Below are positions 44,029 through 54,381 of a stretch of 64,000 nucleotides of DNA, in pieces. The notes under the pieces were generated by a model. The model was not told the origin of the DNA. It made no database searches and saw only the letters and a list, made by a program, of their open reading frames with translations. Made by a program: the position numbers and the translations under genes. The DNA is from an uncultured Clostridia bacterium (GTDB lineage Bacteria > Bacillota > Clostridia > Christensenellales > UBA1242): positions 6,131 through 70,130 of the forward strand of contig CALWEH010000012.1 of assembly GCA_944377145.1 (NCBI GenBank), read 5' to 3'. Position 1 is the stretch's first letter. Each line of letters opens with the position of its first letter.

Positions 44029-46404
44029 ATGTATATTTCATTAAATTGGGTAAAAGAGTTTGTAGACCTTAGTGGTATTGAGGTAGATGAATTAATTAGA
44101 AGATTTGGGCTATCAACGGCTGAAGTTGAAGGAGTGGAATATAAAGGGAAAAATGTATCAAATATAGTTGTGGCTGAAATTAAAAGTGTGGAAAATCATC
44201 CAGATAGTAAAAAATTACACATTTTACAGGTTGATGATGGTCTTGATAGTTTAACACAGGTTGTGTGCGGAGCCCCAAATGTGAGAGTTGGAATGAAAAC
44301 AGCTTTTGCACGAGTTGGAGCAAATGTTAACGGAACTAAAATAGGAAAAGCAAAATTAGCTGGAGTGGATAGCTTTGGAATGTGTTGCGGAGAAGATGAA
44401 ATAGGAATAGGAAGCGACAATTCTGGAATTATTGAACTTGATAATAATTTAAAACCAGGAACTGATATTAAACAAGTTTTTCCTATTGATGATGTAATTA
44501 TTGAAATAGATAATAAATCCTTAACAAATAGACCAGATTTATGGGGGCATTATGGAATTGCTAGAGAATTTTCAGCAATTTTTAAAAGAGAATTAAAACC
44601 AATTAATAAAATAGATTTAAATCAATATAACAACTTGCCAAAATTAGATATTGCGGTAGAAACAGAAGATTGTTATAGATATTCTGGAATAAGTATTGAT
44701 AATGTTACAGTAAAAAAATCTCCACAAATTGTAAAAATTCGTTTAAATTATTGTGGAATGAGAGATATAAATCTACTTGCTGATATGACTAATTATTTAA
44801 TGCTTGAATTAGGTCAGCCAATGCATGCATTTGATCATAACATTGTAAAAGGAATTAGAGTAATTACAACTACTAAAAAAACTCCAATGTTAACATTAGA
44901 AGGAGAAGAACATATTGTAGAACCAAATTCAGCATTAATTTGTTCTAATGAGTATGAGCCTGTAGCAATCGCTGGTGTTAAAGGAGGATTAAAATCAGGA
45001 ATAACAGATAATACAACCTCTCTTCTTTTAGAGTCTGCAACCTTTTCACCAATATCAATACGCAAAACTAGTAGGAAAATAGGGCTTATTACAGATGCTA
45101 GTTTACGATATGAAAAATCTCTTGACCCAGAGATGACTGCAGATGCAATTGCAAGACTTGTATATTTATTAAAAAATATAGATCAAGGAATAAAAATTAG
45201 TTCTAGTTTTACTGATGTATACAATTTTAAATATCCAATAAATATTATTAATATAACTACTAATTTTATTAATCTTCGTGGTGGAGTAAATATTGAAAAA
45301 AATGAAATAGTAGATATTTTAAAAAGACTTGGATTTAAAGTAGAAGAAAATAATTCTAAGTTAAAAGTAGAAGTTCCATCATATAGGGCTACAAAAGATG
45401 TTTCTATTAAAGAAGATTTAATAGAAGAAGTATTAAGAATGTATGGATATGATAATATAAAAGCAAGCACAATGAATATGCCTCTAATTCCTGTAGAACA
45501 ACTACCTATTCATGTTTTTGAATATAAAGTTAAGCGTTTGTTGGCAGAAAAATATGGATTAAATGAACTTCATTCATATATTTGGAATTATAAAGAATTT
45601 AATCAAGAAATGGGAATTAATCAGGAAAGTTGTGTAGAGTTGTTAGATTCATCAAATAGTGGGCAGAGTGGAATTAGGAGTTATTTACTTCCAACAACTT
45701 TAAAAATGTTTTATGAAAATAAAAATAATTTTGAGGATATTAATATATTTGAAATAGGAAGAGTCGCTTCAAAATTAGATCAAAATAATATTGTAGTAGA
45801 AAATAGAAAGTTGGCAATAGTTTTAGCTTCTATGAATAAAAGTGAAAAAGATTTATATTTTAGATTAAAGCAAATTGTAGAAGATATGTCTATGCTTGCA
45901 AATGTTAAGATTGAATATAATATGAAAGATCAGGTTGTGAATTATTTGCATCCAATTAATTCATGTTCAATTATATCTAAAAATAAAATTGGAGAAATGG
46001 GCATAATTCATCCAAGTGTAAAAAATGCTTTAGATAAAAGATTTAATATTGTTGGATTAGAAATTGATTTAGATGAAATGTTAACAGGTGAAGAAAAACA
46101 TAATGTTTTAACTAAAACTTCAAAATATCAAGCTATAGATTTAGATTTTAATTTTATAATGTCAAATGAATTACCTTACAGTTATTTAGAAAATGTTTTA
46201 AGTGAATTTAAATGTAATTATTTACTAGAAACTAAATTAAAAGATGTTTATATAAATAAAGAATTATTGCCAGATAAAATAAGTTATACTATTTCAATAA
46301 ATTTAACACCAAAAGACAGAACTTTAGAAGCTAAAGATATTGAAAAATTTAGCACACGTTTTATAGACTATATGTCAAAATTTAATATTTTATTAAAACA
46401 ATAA
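44029..46404 (+). CDS. pheT: Phenylalanine--tRNA ligase beta subunit
   Basis: 791 aa with an N-terminal tRNA-binding OB domain (VVAEIKSVENHPDSKKLHILQVD), B3/4 and B5 regions. Immediately follows pheS. Confidence 0.95.
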   Translation: MYISLNWVKEFVDLSGIEVDELIRRFGLSTAEVEGVEYKGKNVSNIVVAEIKSVENHPDSKKLHILQVDDGLDSLTQVVCGAPNVRVGMKTAFARVGANVNGTKIGKAKLAGVDSFGMCCGEDEIGIGSDNSGIIELDNNLKPGTDIKQVFPIDDVIIEIDNKSLTNRPDLWGHYGIAREFSAIFKRELKPINKIDLNQYNNLPKLDIAVETEDCYRYSGISIDNVTVKKSPQIVKIRLNYCGMRDINLLADMTNYLMLELGQPMHAFDHNIVKGIRVITTTKKTPMLTLEGEEHIVEPNSALICSNEYEPVAIAGVKGGLKSGITDNTTSLLLESATFSPISIRKTSRKIGLITDASLRYEKSLDPEMTADAIARLVYLLKNIDQGIKISSSFTDVYNFKYPINIINITTNFINLRGGVNIEKNEIVDILKRLGFKVEENNSKLKVEVPSYRATKDVSIKEDLIEEVLRMYGYDNIKASTMNMPLIPVEQLPIHVFEYKVKRLLAEKYGLNELHSYIWNYKEFNQEMGINQESCVELLDSSNSGQSGIRSYLLPTTLKMFYENKNNFEDINIFEIGRVASKLDQNNIVVENRKLAIVLASMNKSEKDLYFRLKQIVEDMSMLANVKIEYNMKDQVVNYLHPINSCSIISKNKIGEMGIIHPSVKNALDKRFNIVGLEIDLDEMLTGEEKHNVLTKTSKYQAIDLDFNFIMSNELPYSYLENVLSEFKCNYLLETKLKDVYINKELLPDKISYTISINLTPKDRTLEAKDIEKFSTRFIDYMSKFNILLKQ

Positions 46405-46446
46405 TAATTAAAATAAATTAATTAAAAATATATAAAAATATTAAAA

Positions 46447-46481
46447 ATTAGTATAAAATCGACATTTTATGCTAATTTTTT
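46447..46481 (+). terminator. Rho-independent terminator after pheT
   Basis: ATTAGTATAAAAT (46447-46459), loop CGAC, ATTTTATGCTAAT (46464-46476), then TTTTT. The stem has one G-U pair. Confidence 0.75.
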
Positions 46482-46529
46482 ATTATAATTTTATTTTTTA
46501 TTTTATTTAATATTAATTTGGGTATAATT

Positions 46530-48818
46530 ATGAAAAAAATTAAAATAAAAAAATCTCAACTGTTAATTTATTTTTTTATATTGATAATGTTTTTAGTTTT
46601 ATCAAATGCTAAGATTGGTACAATATCTCCTTTTGGTTTTGGAGCTGTATTCGCATTAATGTGGACAGGATTTTACATGCCTTTAATTGTTGGAGAATAT
46701 TTATTTGCTAATTTATTAACCATGGATAAATTGGCAGATTTATATTGCGCTATAGGTACAGTATTTATTTTAATAATTGCTTATATAATACATAAAAAAG
46801 TTAAAAAACCTATGAATGTTGTATTAGTAGGTGTTTATGCATTATTAAGCCAAATTGTTAGTTTGTATTATATATTTAATATTGGAAGCATATTAGATAT
46901 GATTACATACATTGCAATAGGTTTAATATTTTTATATGTTTGCATTTGCATTTTTCAACTGTTAGTGTTAAGAGGTTGGACATATAAATTAACATTAGAT
47001 GAAACTATCAGTCTTGTTGTATTCATAATTGCACTTACTTTTGGAGTTGCAAATCTTTATATATTTGAAATAGCAGTATATAAATTTCTTGCAGTTTTTA
47101 CTATATTATTTTGTATTTCAATTAATAAAAAGCAATTTTCATTAATAGCTGCTATATCTATAGGATTGGGTGTATCTATTGTAAATTCATCTTTATCATA
47201 TATTGGAGAATTAGCAATTATAGCTTTAATGGCAAATATATTTCATGCTCCACATAGGTGGAAATTTTGTATAACTGCTTTAATAGGAGATGTTGCTTTA
47301 CAATTATATTTTTTAGGAGTGCAAGTTGATGTAATATATTCAATATTGCCAACTCTTTTAGCTATTTCATTATTTTTATTAATACCATCTAAATTCCTTT
47401 TAAAAATTATGGATAAATATGAAATAAATAATGCTGAATTGAGTGTAAAAAATATAATTAATTCTACTAGAAAAAATTTAAAAAGAAGAATGAGTGAATT
47501 AAGCAATGTTTTTTCTCAAATGGAGCAAATTCACATGCAATTAATAAAAAAAGAGCTAAATCATGCTCAAATTGTAGAAATGTTAAGCAATGAATTAGGA
47601 AAAGAAGTTTGTAGTGAATGTAAACATAAAAATAGTTGTTATAAAGGGCTTGGAGTAGAAGGTGTGCCTTATGTAAATAAGATGTTAGATATTGCTTTAA
47701 AAAAAGGGAAAATCAGCATATTAGATTTGCCTTCAATGTTGGCTCAAAAATGTGGAGTTGTAAATTTAGTTATAGGTAAAATTAATCAATATGTATCACA
47801 ATATAAAAACTATGAAAATATGTCTAAAGAAACAAATAATGTAAAATTTTTATTGGCAGAGCAAATGGGAGCTATTTCACATTTATTATTAGACTTAGGG
47901 GAAGAGATGGATAGAAATATCGTTTTTGAAAATGATATGGAATCCAAAATATTGAATAGAATGTTGGCTCAAAATATTGTGTGTAGTGAAATTTTAATAT
48001 ATTCAGAAAAATCTAATGATAGTTCAGTTGTTGCTATAATAAAAGGTGAGAACGCCTATAACCCCTCTATTGAAAAAATTGTGAGTGGAGTGCTAAATAT
48101 ACCTATGAAAGTGCTAAGTGTAGAGCCCACAGATGTTAGTGAGTATTTTTCTGTTACATTATCTCGTTCATGCAAAAGAGATATAGTTTTTGGCATTGGG
48201 AGTAGAACCAAAACAGGCTCATCAAGTTCAGGGGATAGTCATAGCTTATTAAGACTTGGCAACAATAAATATTTATTAGCATTATGTGATGGAATGGGAA
48301 GTGGAGAAAATGCTAGAAAAATGAGTGCTTTAACTATTGGGTTGGTAGAAAATTTTTATAAAGCAGGATTTGATGATAACTTTATATTGGAAAATATAAA
48401 TAAATTAATATCTATTAATAATCAAGAAAGTTTTTCAACTTTAGACTTGTGTATAATAGATTTAACTAAAGAGATAATTGATTTTATTAAAATTGGTGCA
48501 ACATACGGAATAATCAAACGAGAAAAAGAAGTGGAAAAAGTGGAAAATGGCACACTTCCTCTTGGAGTTCTAAGTGAAATTAAACCAACTATAAGTCATT
48601 TTGCAATAAATTCAAAAGATATGATTGTTATGGTTACAGATGGAATAACTGATGCTTTTAAAACTTACGAAGAATTTGCTGAATTTGTAAATGCTATTGT
48701 TAGTACAAATCCGCAGGTTGTGGCACAAACAATATTAGATGAAGCGATTAGCAGGAATAATATGATAGCACAAGATGATATGACAGTGCTTGTAGCGAGA
48801 ACATTTTTAAAAGGCTAA
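46530..48818 (+). CDS. spoIIE: Stage II sporulation protein E (PP2C phosphatase)
   Basis: About 10 N-terminal TM helices, a central region, and a C-terminal PP2C domain (LALCDGMGSGENARKMS, MVTDGITDA, DDMTVLVAR). ATG 46530 is preferred, TTG 46518 is possible, and no clear SD precedes either. Confidence 0.9.
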   Translation: MKKIKIKKSQLLIYFFILIMFLVLSNAKIGTISPFGFGAVFALMWTGFYMPLIVGEYLFANLLTMDKLADLYCAIGTVFILIIAYIIHKKVKKPMNVVLVGVYALLSQIVSLYYIFNIGSILDMITYIAIGLIFLYVCICIFQLLVLRGWTYKLTLDETISLVVFIIALTFGVANLYIFEIAVYKFLAVFTILFCISINKKQFSLIAAISIGLGVSIVNSSLSYIGELAIIALMANIFHAPHRWKFCITALIGDVALQLYFLGVQVDVIYSILPTLLAISLFLLIPSKFLLKIMDKYEINNAELSVKNIINSTRKNLKRRMSELSNVFSQMEQIHMQLIKKELNHAQIVEMLSNELGKEVCSECKHKNSCYKGLGVEGVPYVNKMLDIALKKGKISILDLPSMLAQKCGVVNLVIGKINQYVSQYKNYENMSKETNNVKFLLAEQMGAISHLLLDLGEEMDRNIVFENDMESKILNRMLAQNIVCSEILIYSEKSNDSSVVAIIKGENAYNPSIEKIVSGVLNIPMKVLSVEPTDVSEYFSVTLSRSCKRDIVFGIGSRTKTGSSSSGDSHSLLRLGNNKYLLALCDGMGSGENARKMSALTIGLVENFYKAGFDDNFILENINKLISINNQESFSTLDLCIIDLTKEIIDFIKIGATYGIIKREKEVEKVENGTLPLGVLSEIKPTISHFAINSKDMIVMVTDGITDAFKTYEEFAEFVNAIVSTNPQVVAQTILDEAISRNNMIAQDDMTVLVARTFLKG

Positions 48819-49687
48819 TATTTGATATATTCTATTTCTAACTGAAGATGTACATTATATTTTTCATATATTTTTAGCTTAATTAGTTCAATTAATGCTA
48901 ATACATCTTTACAGCTAGCATTTCCTGTGTTAACAATAAATCCGCTATGCAATGTTGATATTTGTGCTTGACCTATTTGAGTTCCTTTTAATCCAGCTTC
49001 CTCAATTAATTTTGCAGGAATAATATCAGTTCTTTTAAAAATACTTCCTGCATTAGGTAGATTTATAGGCTGACTATTTTTACGTTTTTTTAAATATTCA
49101 ATACAGTTGTTTTGAGATTGTTTATTATTTTGATTAATTAAATTTAGTGTTGCGGCTAATATAATATAGTTGTTAGATTGAAATATACTAGAATGATAAC
49201 AAAAGTTACACTCGTCTTTATTTAAATATTCAACTGTTTTATCATTTAATATTGTTACATTACCAATAAAATCGCTTATTTGGTTATTGTAAGCTCCAAA
49301 ATTATTTACAATAGCTCCTCCTAATTGAATAGGTATACCAATTGTAAATTCAAGGCCTCCTAATTTAAGGCTAGAACTTTTTTGAATAATTGTAGATAAA
49401 TCACAACCACTTGAAGCTAGTAACATATTATCTTTATGTTCAATTCTTTGTTCATCATATTTAATAATTGCTCCATTATAACCTAAATCATCAAATAAAA
49501 GATTGGATCCTCCTCCAATAATTTTATATTTCAAACTATGTTTTTGACATGTAAATATAGTGTCTAATAAAGAATCTATTGTATGGGCAAAGATAAAATA
49601 TTTGGCATTTCCACCAATTTTAAATGTGCAGTGATTTTTAAGAGGTTCTTGTTTTAGAACTAAAATATTATTTATTTTTTTAAACAT
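48815..49687 (-). CDS. murB: UDP-N-acetylenolpyruvoylglucosamine reductase
   Basis: 290 aa with an FAD-binding N-domain (HCTFKIGGNAKYF, GGGSNLLFDD) and C-terminal motifs (NAGSIFKR, GQAQIS..H.GFIVN). Confidence 0.9.
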   Translation of the reverse strand: MFKKINNILVLKQEPLKNHCTFKIGGNAKYFIFAHTIDSLLDTIFTCQKHSLKYKIIGGGSNLLFDDLGYNGAIIKYDEQRIEHKDNMLLASSGCDLSTIIQKSSSLKLGGLEFTIGIPIQLGGAIVNNFGAYNNQISDFIGNVTILNDKTVEYLNKDECNFCYHSSIFQSNNYIILAATLNLINQNNKQSQNNCIEYLKKRKNSQPINLPNAGSIFKRTDIIPAKLIEEAGLKGTQIGQAQISTLHSGFIVNTGNASCKDVLALIELIKLKIYEKYNVHLQLEIEYIKY

Positions 49688-49695
49688 ATATCCTT

Positions 49696-50604
49696 TTATT
49701 GTGTAAATATATTTGGAATAAAACTTTTATTTATAGCATTTTCCATAGAGCTATAAATTTCTTCAGTATATAAATTTATATGCTTTGTACTAAAAAGCCC
49801 AATATTTTTCAAATTGTATTGATTTGTATCATTCATTATATAATTTATAAAATCTAGCACTTGTGAAGTTGGCTTTATAACCCCTATATATTGAATTAGA
49901 TCACTAAAGGTGTCTACAGGCTCAAATGTTGCAGATAAGCGCCCATTTTCTTGTAAATTTTTAACCCTATGTAAATCCCGTGCTGTGCCTAATAGTTTTA
50001 TGTTATTGCTATTTACAAATTTTGAATAACATTCATAAGAAGTTAATATTTCTCCATTATTCACAGTTTGGTTATTTAATATTGGTAAAGCTGAATGAGA
50101 TGAATTGTTAGCGGTAAATAATTCAAGTTCACTGTTTGAATTGTTTTTAGTAAAATAACAATATCCACTAGCTATATAAGGTATAGCCATAAGCTTTCCA
50201 TTAAATTTTGCACTTTCTAAAAAATTTTCTCTAACATCATACTCTTGATCAAAACTTTGTAAATATGGAAGAACGATATTGGCAACTTGTTCACTAAATG
50301 AAATTAGATGAGGAGAAATTTTCTGTAAAGCAGATTCTAATTGTTCTGCATCTATATTTTTTACCATAAACAATACGGTTGGATTATTTTTTTCATAAGA
50401 TAAACATATATTTTTCAAATAGTTATACCTATTGCTACTTCCACCTTCAAAACTTTCTATATGCCACCATTCATATACAGTTAATTCATTTTCATTACCT
50501 GATATTAACGGCAATGAATTAAATTTTTGCATACATACAAAACAACAGAAGGCTATAAAAAAAACAATTAAACATATATTAAAAAATTTTTTTAAATTGA
50601 ACAT
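49696..50604 (-). CDS. Membrane-anchored hypothetical protein (possibly solute-binding-protein-like fold)
   Basis: 302 aa with an N-terminal TM helix (ICLIVFFIAFCCFVCM) followed by a soluble domain. No confident family recognised. Lies 8 nt upstream of murB on the same strand. Confidence 0.4.
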   Translation of the reverse strand: MFNLKKFFNICLIVFFIAFCCFVCMQKFNSLPLISGNENELTVYEWWHIESFEGGSSNRYNYLKNICLSYEKNNPTVLFMVKNIDAEQLESALQKISPHLISFSEQVANIVLPYLQSFDQEYDVRENFLESAKFNGKLMAIPYIASGYCYFTKNNSNSELELFTANNSSHSALPILNNQTVNNGEILTSYECYSKFVNSNNIKLLGTARDLHRVKNLQENGRLSATFEPVDTFSDLIQYIGVIKPTSQVLDFINYIMNDTNQYNLKNIGLFSTKHINLYTEEIYSSMENAINKSFIPNIFTQ

Positions 50605-50695
50605 ACATATATTTATGAATAGAAAGATAAAAAAATTCTAGTTAAATACATATAAATAGATAAAAAGTTTAAAATATAATTTTAATAAAAAAATA

Positions 50696-50724
50696 TTTTC
50701 AAAAAATATTTTATGTGATATAAT
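50696..50724 (+). promoter_or_regulatory. Promoter positioned to give a leaderless uvrC transcript
   Basis: TTTTCA (50696-50701), a 17-nt spacer, then extended -10 TGaTATAAT (50716-50724). The A of ATG 50731 is exactly 7 nt after the hexamer, with no SD. Confidence 0.45.
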
Positions 50725-50730
50725 AATTAT

Positions 50731-52542
50731 ATGATTTTATTAGAAGAAAAGATTAAAAATTTACCTACAAATCCTGGCGTGTATCTAATGAAAGATAAAT
50801 ATGGAAATGTAATATATGTAGGAAAGGCAAAAAATCTAAAAAAACGTGTAAGTCAATATTTTTTAAGAAAGCAAACTATTTTAAAAGTGCAGAATATGGT
50901 AAAAGACATTGTTGACTTTGATTTTTTTGTCGTAGCTACAGAATATGATGCTTTAGCCTTAGAAAGTAATTTAATAAAAAAATATCAACCTTTTTATAAT
51001 ATTTTATTAAAAGATGGAAAAGCTTTTGCATATATTAGAGTTAATTTGCATGAAGATTTTCCACGGTTTGAAATAACTAGAAAAATAAATACTAGAGATA
51101 AATATTTTGGACCTTATTTTGCTGGAGTTTCAGCTAAAGATATACTTGAAATAATAAATTATGCTTATCCTGTTAGGAAATGCAATCAAATAATTACAAC
51201 TTCTGGCAAAGAAAAACGAGCTTGTTTGTATTATGAAATGCATTTATGTAGTGCTCCTTGTGCAAAAAAAATTAGTAAAGAAGAATATAGGAAAATAGTT
51301 AATTCTGCTATAAAGTTTTTGCGAGGAGATACAAAAGAGATTAGAGAAATATTGTTAAACAAAATGAAAGTGAGTGCTGAAGCAGAAAATTTTGAAACGG
51401 CATTAGCTTTGAGAGAAAAAATTAAAATGCTAGATAGACTAAAAGAAAAAGTTGTAATGCAACTAAGGCAGGAAATTGACCTGGATGTATTTAATATGTG
51501 CACTAATGGTGAGTTGAGTGCAATGTGCGTTGTAATTATAAGAGGGGGTAAAGTTCAAGGAATACAATCTTATGATATATTAAATTTTATAGAAAAAGAT
51601 GAGGCTTACCAACAATTTTTAGTTCAATATTATTCAAGTCATATATATAACTGCGATGAAATTATTTTGCCAGAAGGAATAGAAGGGCTAGATGTAATAA
51701 AGCAATATATTGAAAGAAAATATAATAGAAAAGTTACAATATTTCAACCAGCAATAAAAACAGATAAAAGAAAAATCCTAGACATGGCAGAACAAAATGC
51801 AAGATTACATTTAGAAAAAAATATTGAAAGAACAAAAAAGAAATTAAATGTTTCTATTGGAGCTGTAAAACAACTTCAAAAAGAATTGGGATTAAAAAGA
51901 GAACCAAAACGAATAGAATGTTATGATATCTCTAATACTTTTGGTGAATATACAGTGGCTTCTATGTCTGTTTTAATAAACGGAGAGAAAGCTTTAACTC
52001 ATTATAGAAAATTTAAAATTAAAGGAGTTAAGTTTATAGATGATTTTGCCAGCATGAAAGAAGTTCTTACAAGAAGAATGGTTGAATTAAAAAGTGATGA
52101 TATAAGTTTTAGCAGTATGCCAGACTTAATTGTTATAGATGGCGGTAAAGGGCAATTATCAACTGCTGTAGAAGTTGTTCAGCAATTTAATTATCAAAAT
52201 GATATTATAAGTTTAGCTAAACGATTAGAAGAAGTATTTGTTCCATATCAAAATAATTCAATAATGTTAAACAAGGGTAGTTATTCTTTACGACTTTTAC
52301 AACTAGCTCGTGATGAAGCTCACAGATTTGCTATTACTTATAATAGACAATTACGAAGTAAAGGTATGTATAAAGGTGGATTAGAGAGTATTCGTGGAGT
52401 GGGCAATGTTACAAGAAAAATATTATTAAGTAAATTTAAAACTATTGAAAATATAAAAAATGCAAGTTTAGAAGATTTAGCTAATGTGAAAGGTGTTTCT
52501 AAAACAGTTGCTAAAAATATATATGACGCTTTTCACAAATAA
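50731..52542 (+). CDS. uvrC: Excinuclease ABC subunit C
   Basis: 603 aa with an N-terminal GIY-YIG domain (PGVYLMKDKYGNVIYVGKAKNLKKRVSQY), a UVR domain and a C-terminal HhH (LESIRGVGNVTRKILLSKF). Confidence 0.95.
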   Translation: MILLEEKIKNLPTNPGVYLMKDKYGNVIYVGKAKNLKKRVSQYFLRKQTILKVQNMVKDIVDFDFFVVATEYDALALESNLIKKYQPFYNILLKDGKAFAYIRVNLHEDFPRFEITRKINTRDKYFGPYFAGVSAKDILEIINYAYPVRKCNQIITTSGKEKRACLYYEMHLCSAPCAKKISKEEYRKIVNSAIKFLRGDTKEIREILLNKMKVSAEAENFETALALREKIKMLDRLKEKVVMQLRQEIDLDVFNMCTNGELSAMCVVIIRGGKVQGIQSYDILNFIEKDEAYQQFLVQYYSSHIYNCDEIILPEGIEGLDVIKQYIERKYNRKVTIFQPAIKTDKRKILDMAEQNARLHLEKNIERTKKKLNVSIGAVKQLQKELGLKREPKRIECYDISNTFGEYTVASMSVLINGEKALTHYRKFKIKGVKFIDDFASMKEVLTRRMVELKSDDISFSSMPDLIVIDGGKGQLSTAVEVVQQFNYQNDIISLAKRLEEVFVPYQNNSIMLNKGSYSLRLLQLARDEAHRFAITYNRQLRSKGMYKGGLESIRGVGNVTRKILLSKFKTIENIKNASLEDLANVKGVSKTVAKNIYDAFHK

Positions 52543-52637
52543 ATTTAATTAATAAAAATAAATTAAAATAACAAAAAATAAAATATTAATTAAATAAAAT
52601 ATTAAATTAACGCTAAAACCAGTTATTTTTAATAAAA

Positions 52638-52663
52638 AAAGAAAATTGTTTAATTTTCTTTTT
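52638..52663. terminator. AT-rich bidirectional terminator
   Basis: AAAGAAAATT (52638-52647), loop GTTT, AATTTTCTTT (52652-52661), flanked by A- and T-runs. Lies between convergent uvrC and the 52662 gene. The stem has only one G-C pair. Confidence 0.45.
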
Positions 52664-53207
52664 ATTTTTTAGAATATTTTAATATTAAATTAATAATTTT
52701 ATCTAAATCATCGTTTATACAATTTAATTTTAAATGAGAAATTTCTTTATCGTTAAAATATAATATTAAAGTTTTTGTAACAGGTTTAAAAATTTTATCA
52801 GTAAAAGTTGATTTTATTTTATAACCAATAAATTTAGATATATCAACACAAGCATACCAATCTTCATAGGCTTTTATTACATAATTTTCATATAAAACAT
52901 ATTCTACTTTTATTAATGATTTTTTTACAGCTAATATTGCCCAAATTATGAAACATAAAATTGTTGTGAAAGCAATGCTAACAACTAACCAATGGTTGAA
53001 AGTTATAATAAAATTTACTAAAGATAGAATTAATGCAAATGTTAATATGCTTATTACTATAGAATTTGCTTTTCTGTATTTTTGAGCATCTACTTTGATA
53101 GAATAAATTTTTTTCCCTAATATAGGAGGAGCTTGATTTATATTTTTAGTGACAGAATGATTTTTTTTAATATCAATATCTTGTTTTATTAGATTGTTCT
53201 TTTTCAT
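52662..53207 (-). CDS. Small membrane protein, function unknown
   Basis: GAGGAG SD precedes ATG 53207 (track GTG at 53219). Two central TM helices (IVISILTFALILSLVNFIITF, LVVSIAFTTILCFIIWAILAV). Lies 14 nt downstream of ychF, so it is probably co-transcribed. Confidence 0.55.
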   Translation of the reverse strand: MKKNNLIKQDIDIKKNHSVTKNINQAPPILGKKIYSIKVDAQKYRKANSIVISILTFALILSLVNFIITFNHWLVVSIAFTTILCFIIWAILAVKKSLIKVEYVLYENYVIKAYEDWYACVDISKFIGYKIKSTFTDKIFKPVTKTLILYFNDKEISHLKLNCINDDLDKIINLILKYSKK

Positions 53208-53221
53208 ATTTCTCCTCACTA

Positions 53222-54310
53222 TTATACATTAAATTTAAATACAACAATATCTCCATCTTGCATTACATAATCTTTTCCTGCACTTATAATTTTCCCTTTT
53301 GCTCTTGCATTATTATAATTCCCGGCTTCTATCAAATCGTCATATTTTACAATATCAGCTCTAATAAAACCTCTTTCAAAATCGCTATGAATTTTTCCTG
53401 CAGCTTGTGGTGCAAGTGTTCCTTTTTTTATTGTCCATGCTCGAACTTCTTTTTCGCCTGCTGTTAAGAAACTAATTAACCCTAAAAGTTTATAGCTCGC
53501 AACAATTAATTTGTCTAGTCCAGAATGAGTTATTCCAAGTTCTTGCATAAACAATTTTTTTTCGTCTTCTGGCAAGCTTACTAATTCTTCTTCTAATTTT
53601 GCACACAAACTAATCATTTCTGCGCCTTCGTTTTTAGCTAGTTGTTCTATTTTAGCTATATTTTCTTTTTGAAACTCATCAATATTATCATCTGTATTTG
53701 CTACATATATAATAGGTTTTGTTGTGATCAAGAAAAAACTATTTACAATTTTTTGTTCCTCTTCATCAAAATTTAAAATTCTTGCTGGTTTTTGTTCGCT
53801 AAGAGTTTTATAAATTTTATCTAGCAACTCTTTTTCTTTAATAGCAGTTGCATCTCCACCGTGTACCAATTTTTCCACTTTGCCCAATCTTTTTTCCACT
53901 GTATCTAAATCTGCTAATATTAACTCCATGTTAATAGTTTCAATATCTCTAATTGGGTCTACACTGCCATCAACATGTATTATATTATCATTTTTAAAGC
54001 ATCTAACAACATGTAAAATTGCGTCAACTTCTTTAATGTGGCTTAAAAATTTATTTCCAAGACCAGCTCCTTCGCTAGCTCCTTTTACAAGTCCAGCAAT
54101 ATCAACAAACTCAATTTGTGCAGGTATTATTTTTTCAGTATTGTACATTTTAGCCAATACCTCAAGTCTTGGGTCAAATACATCAACTACTCCAACATTT
54201 GGTTCAATTGTACAAAAAGGATAGTTGGCACTCATGGCACCAGCTTTTGTGATTGCGTTAAATAAAGTACTTTTTCCAACATTTGGTAAACCTACAACAC
54301 CTAATTTCAT
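53222..54310 (-). CDS. ychF: Ribosome-binding ATPase YchF
   Basis: MKLGVVGLPNVGKSTLFNA start with AGGAGAA SD. The track start at 54373 is a hydrophobic upstream extension. C-terminal TGS-like end (GKDYVMQDGDIVVFKFNV). Confidence 0.95.
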   Translation of the reverse strand: MKLGVVGLPNVGKSTLFNAITKAGAMSANYPFCTIEPNVGVVDVFDPRLEVLAKMYNTEKIIPAQIEFVDIAGLVKGASEGAGLGNKFLSHIKEVDAILHVVRCFKNDNIIHVDGSVDPIRDIETINMELILADLDTVEKRLGKVEKLVHGGDATAIKEKELLDKIYKTLSEQKPARILNFDEEEQKIVNSFFLITTKPIIYVANTDDNIDEFQKENIAKIEQLAKNEGAEMISLCAKLEEELVSLPEDEKKLFMQELGITHSGLDKLIVASYKLLGLISFLTAGEKEVRAWTIKKGTLAPQAAGKIHSDFERGFIRADIVKYDDLIEAGNYNNARAKGKIISAGKDYVMQDGDIVVFKFNV

Positions 54311-54381
54311 AATTCTCCTAACATAATATAATAAATATGTACATATATTAATATAAAATTTAAAATTAATCAAGGTTTTTT

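Noticed and set aside
44196-45470. Shadow ORFs inside well-supported genes: 1507-1749, 7353-7613, 14489-14683, 31487-32681, 34318-34518, 38093-38278, 38777-38977, 39940-40122, 44196-45470, 47243-47506, 50432-50641, 51231-51503, 53258-54224, 54393-55172, 58145-58342, 61016-62335, 62706-62941
   Set aside because: Each overlaps a conserved, motif-bearing gene on the opposite strand or in another frame. They have no independent start signals or recognisable motifs.
46458-46464. Spo0A box (TGTCGAT on the minus strand, 6/7 match to TGTCGAA) upstream of spoIIE
   Set aside because: It is a single imperfect match lying in the loop of the pheT terminator hairpin, which is insufficient evidence for a regulatory site.
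54311-54373. Upstream extensions of the track ORFs for ychF (54311-54373), gerC-like (41325-41381), dnaE (56910-56921), gpsA (14925-14936), mnmE (6045-6056), soj (10091-10096) and the 52662 gene (53208-53219)
   Set aside because: In each case a canonical SD lies inside the extension, correctly spaced from a downstream ATG that matches the conserved family N-terminus.
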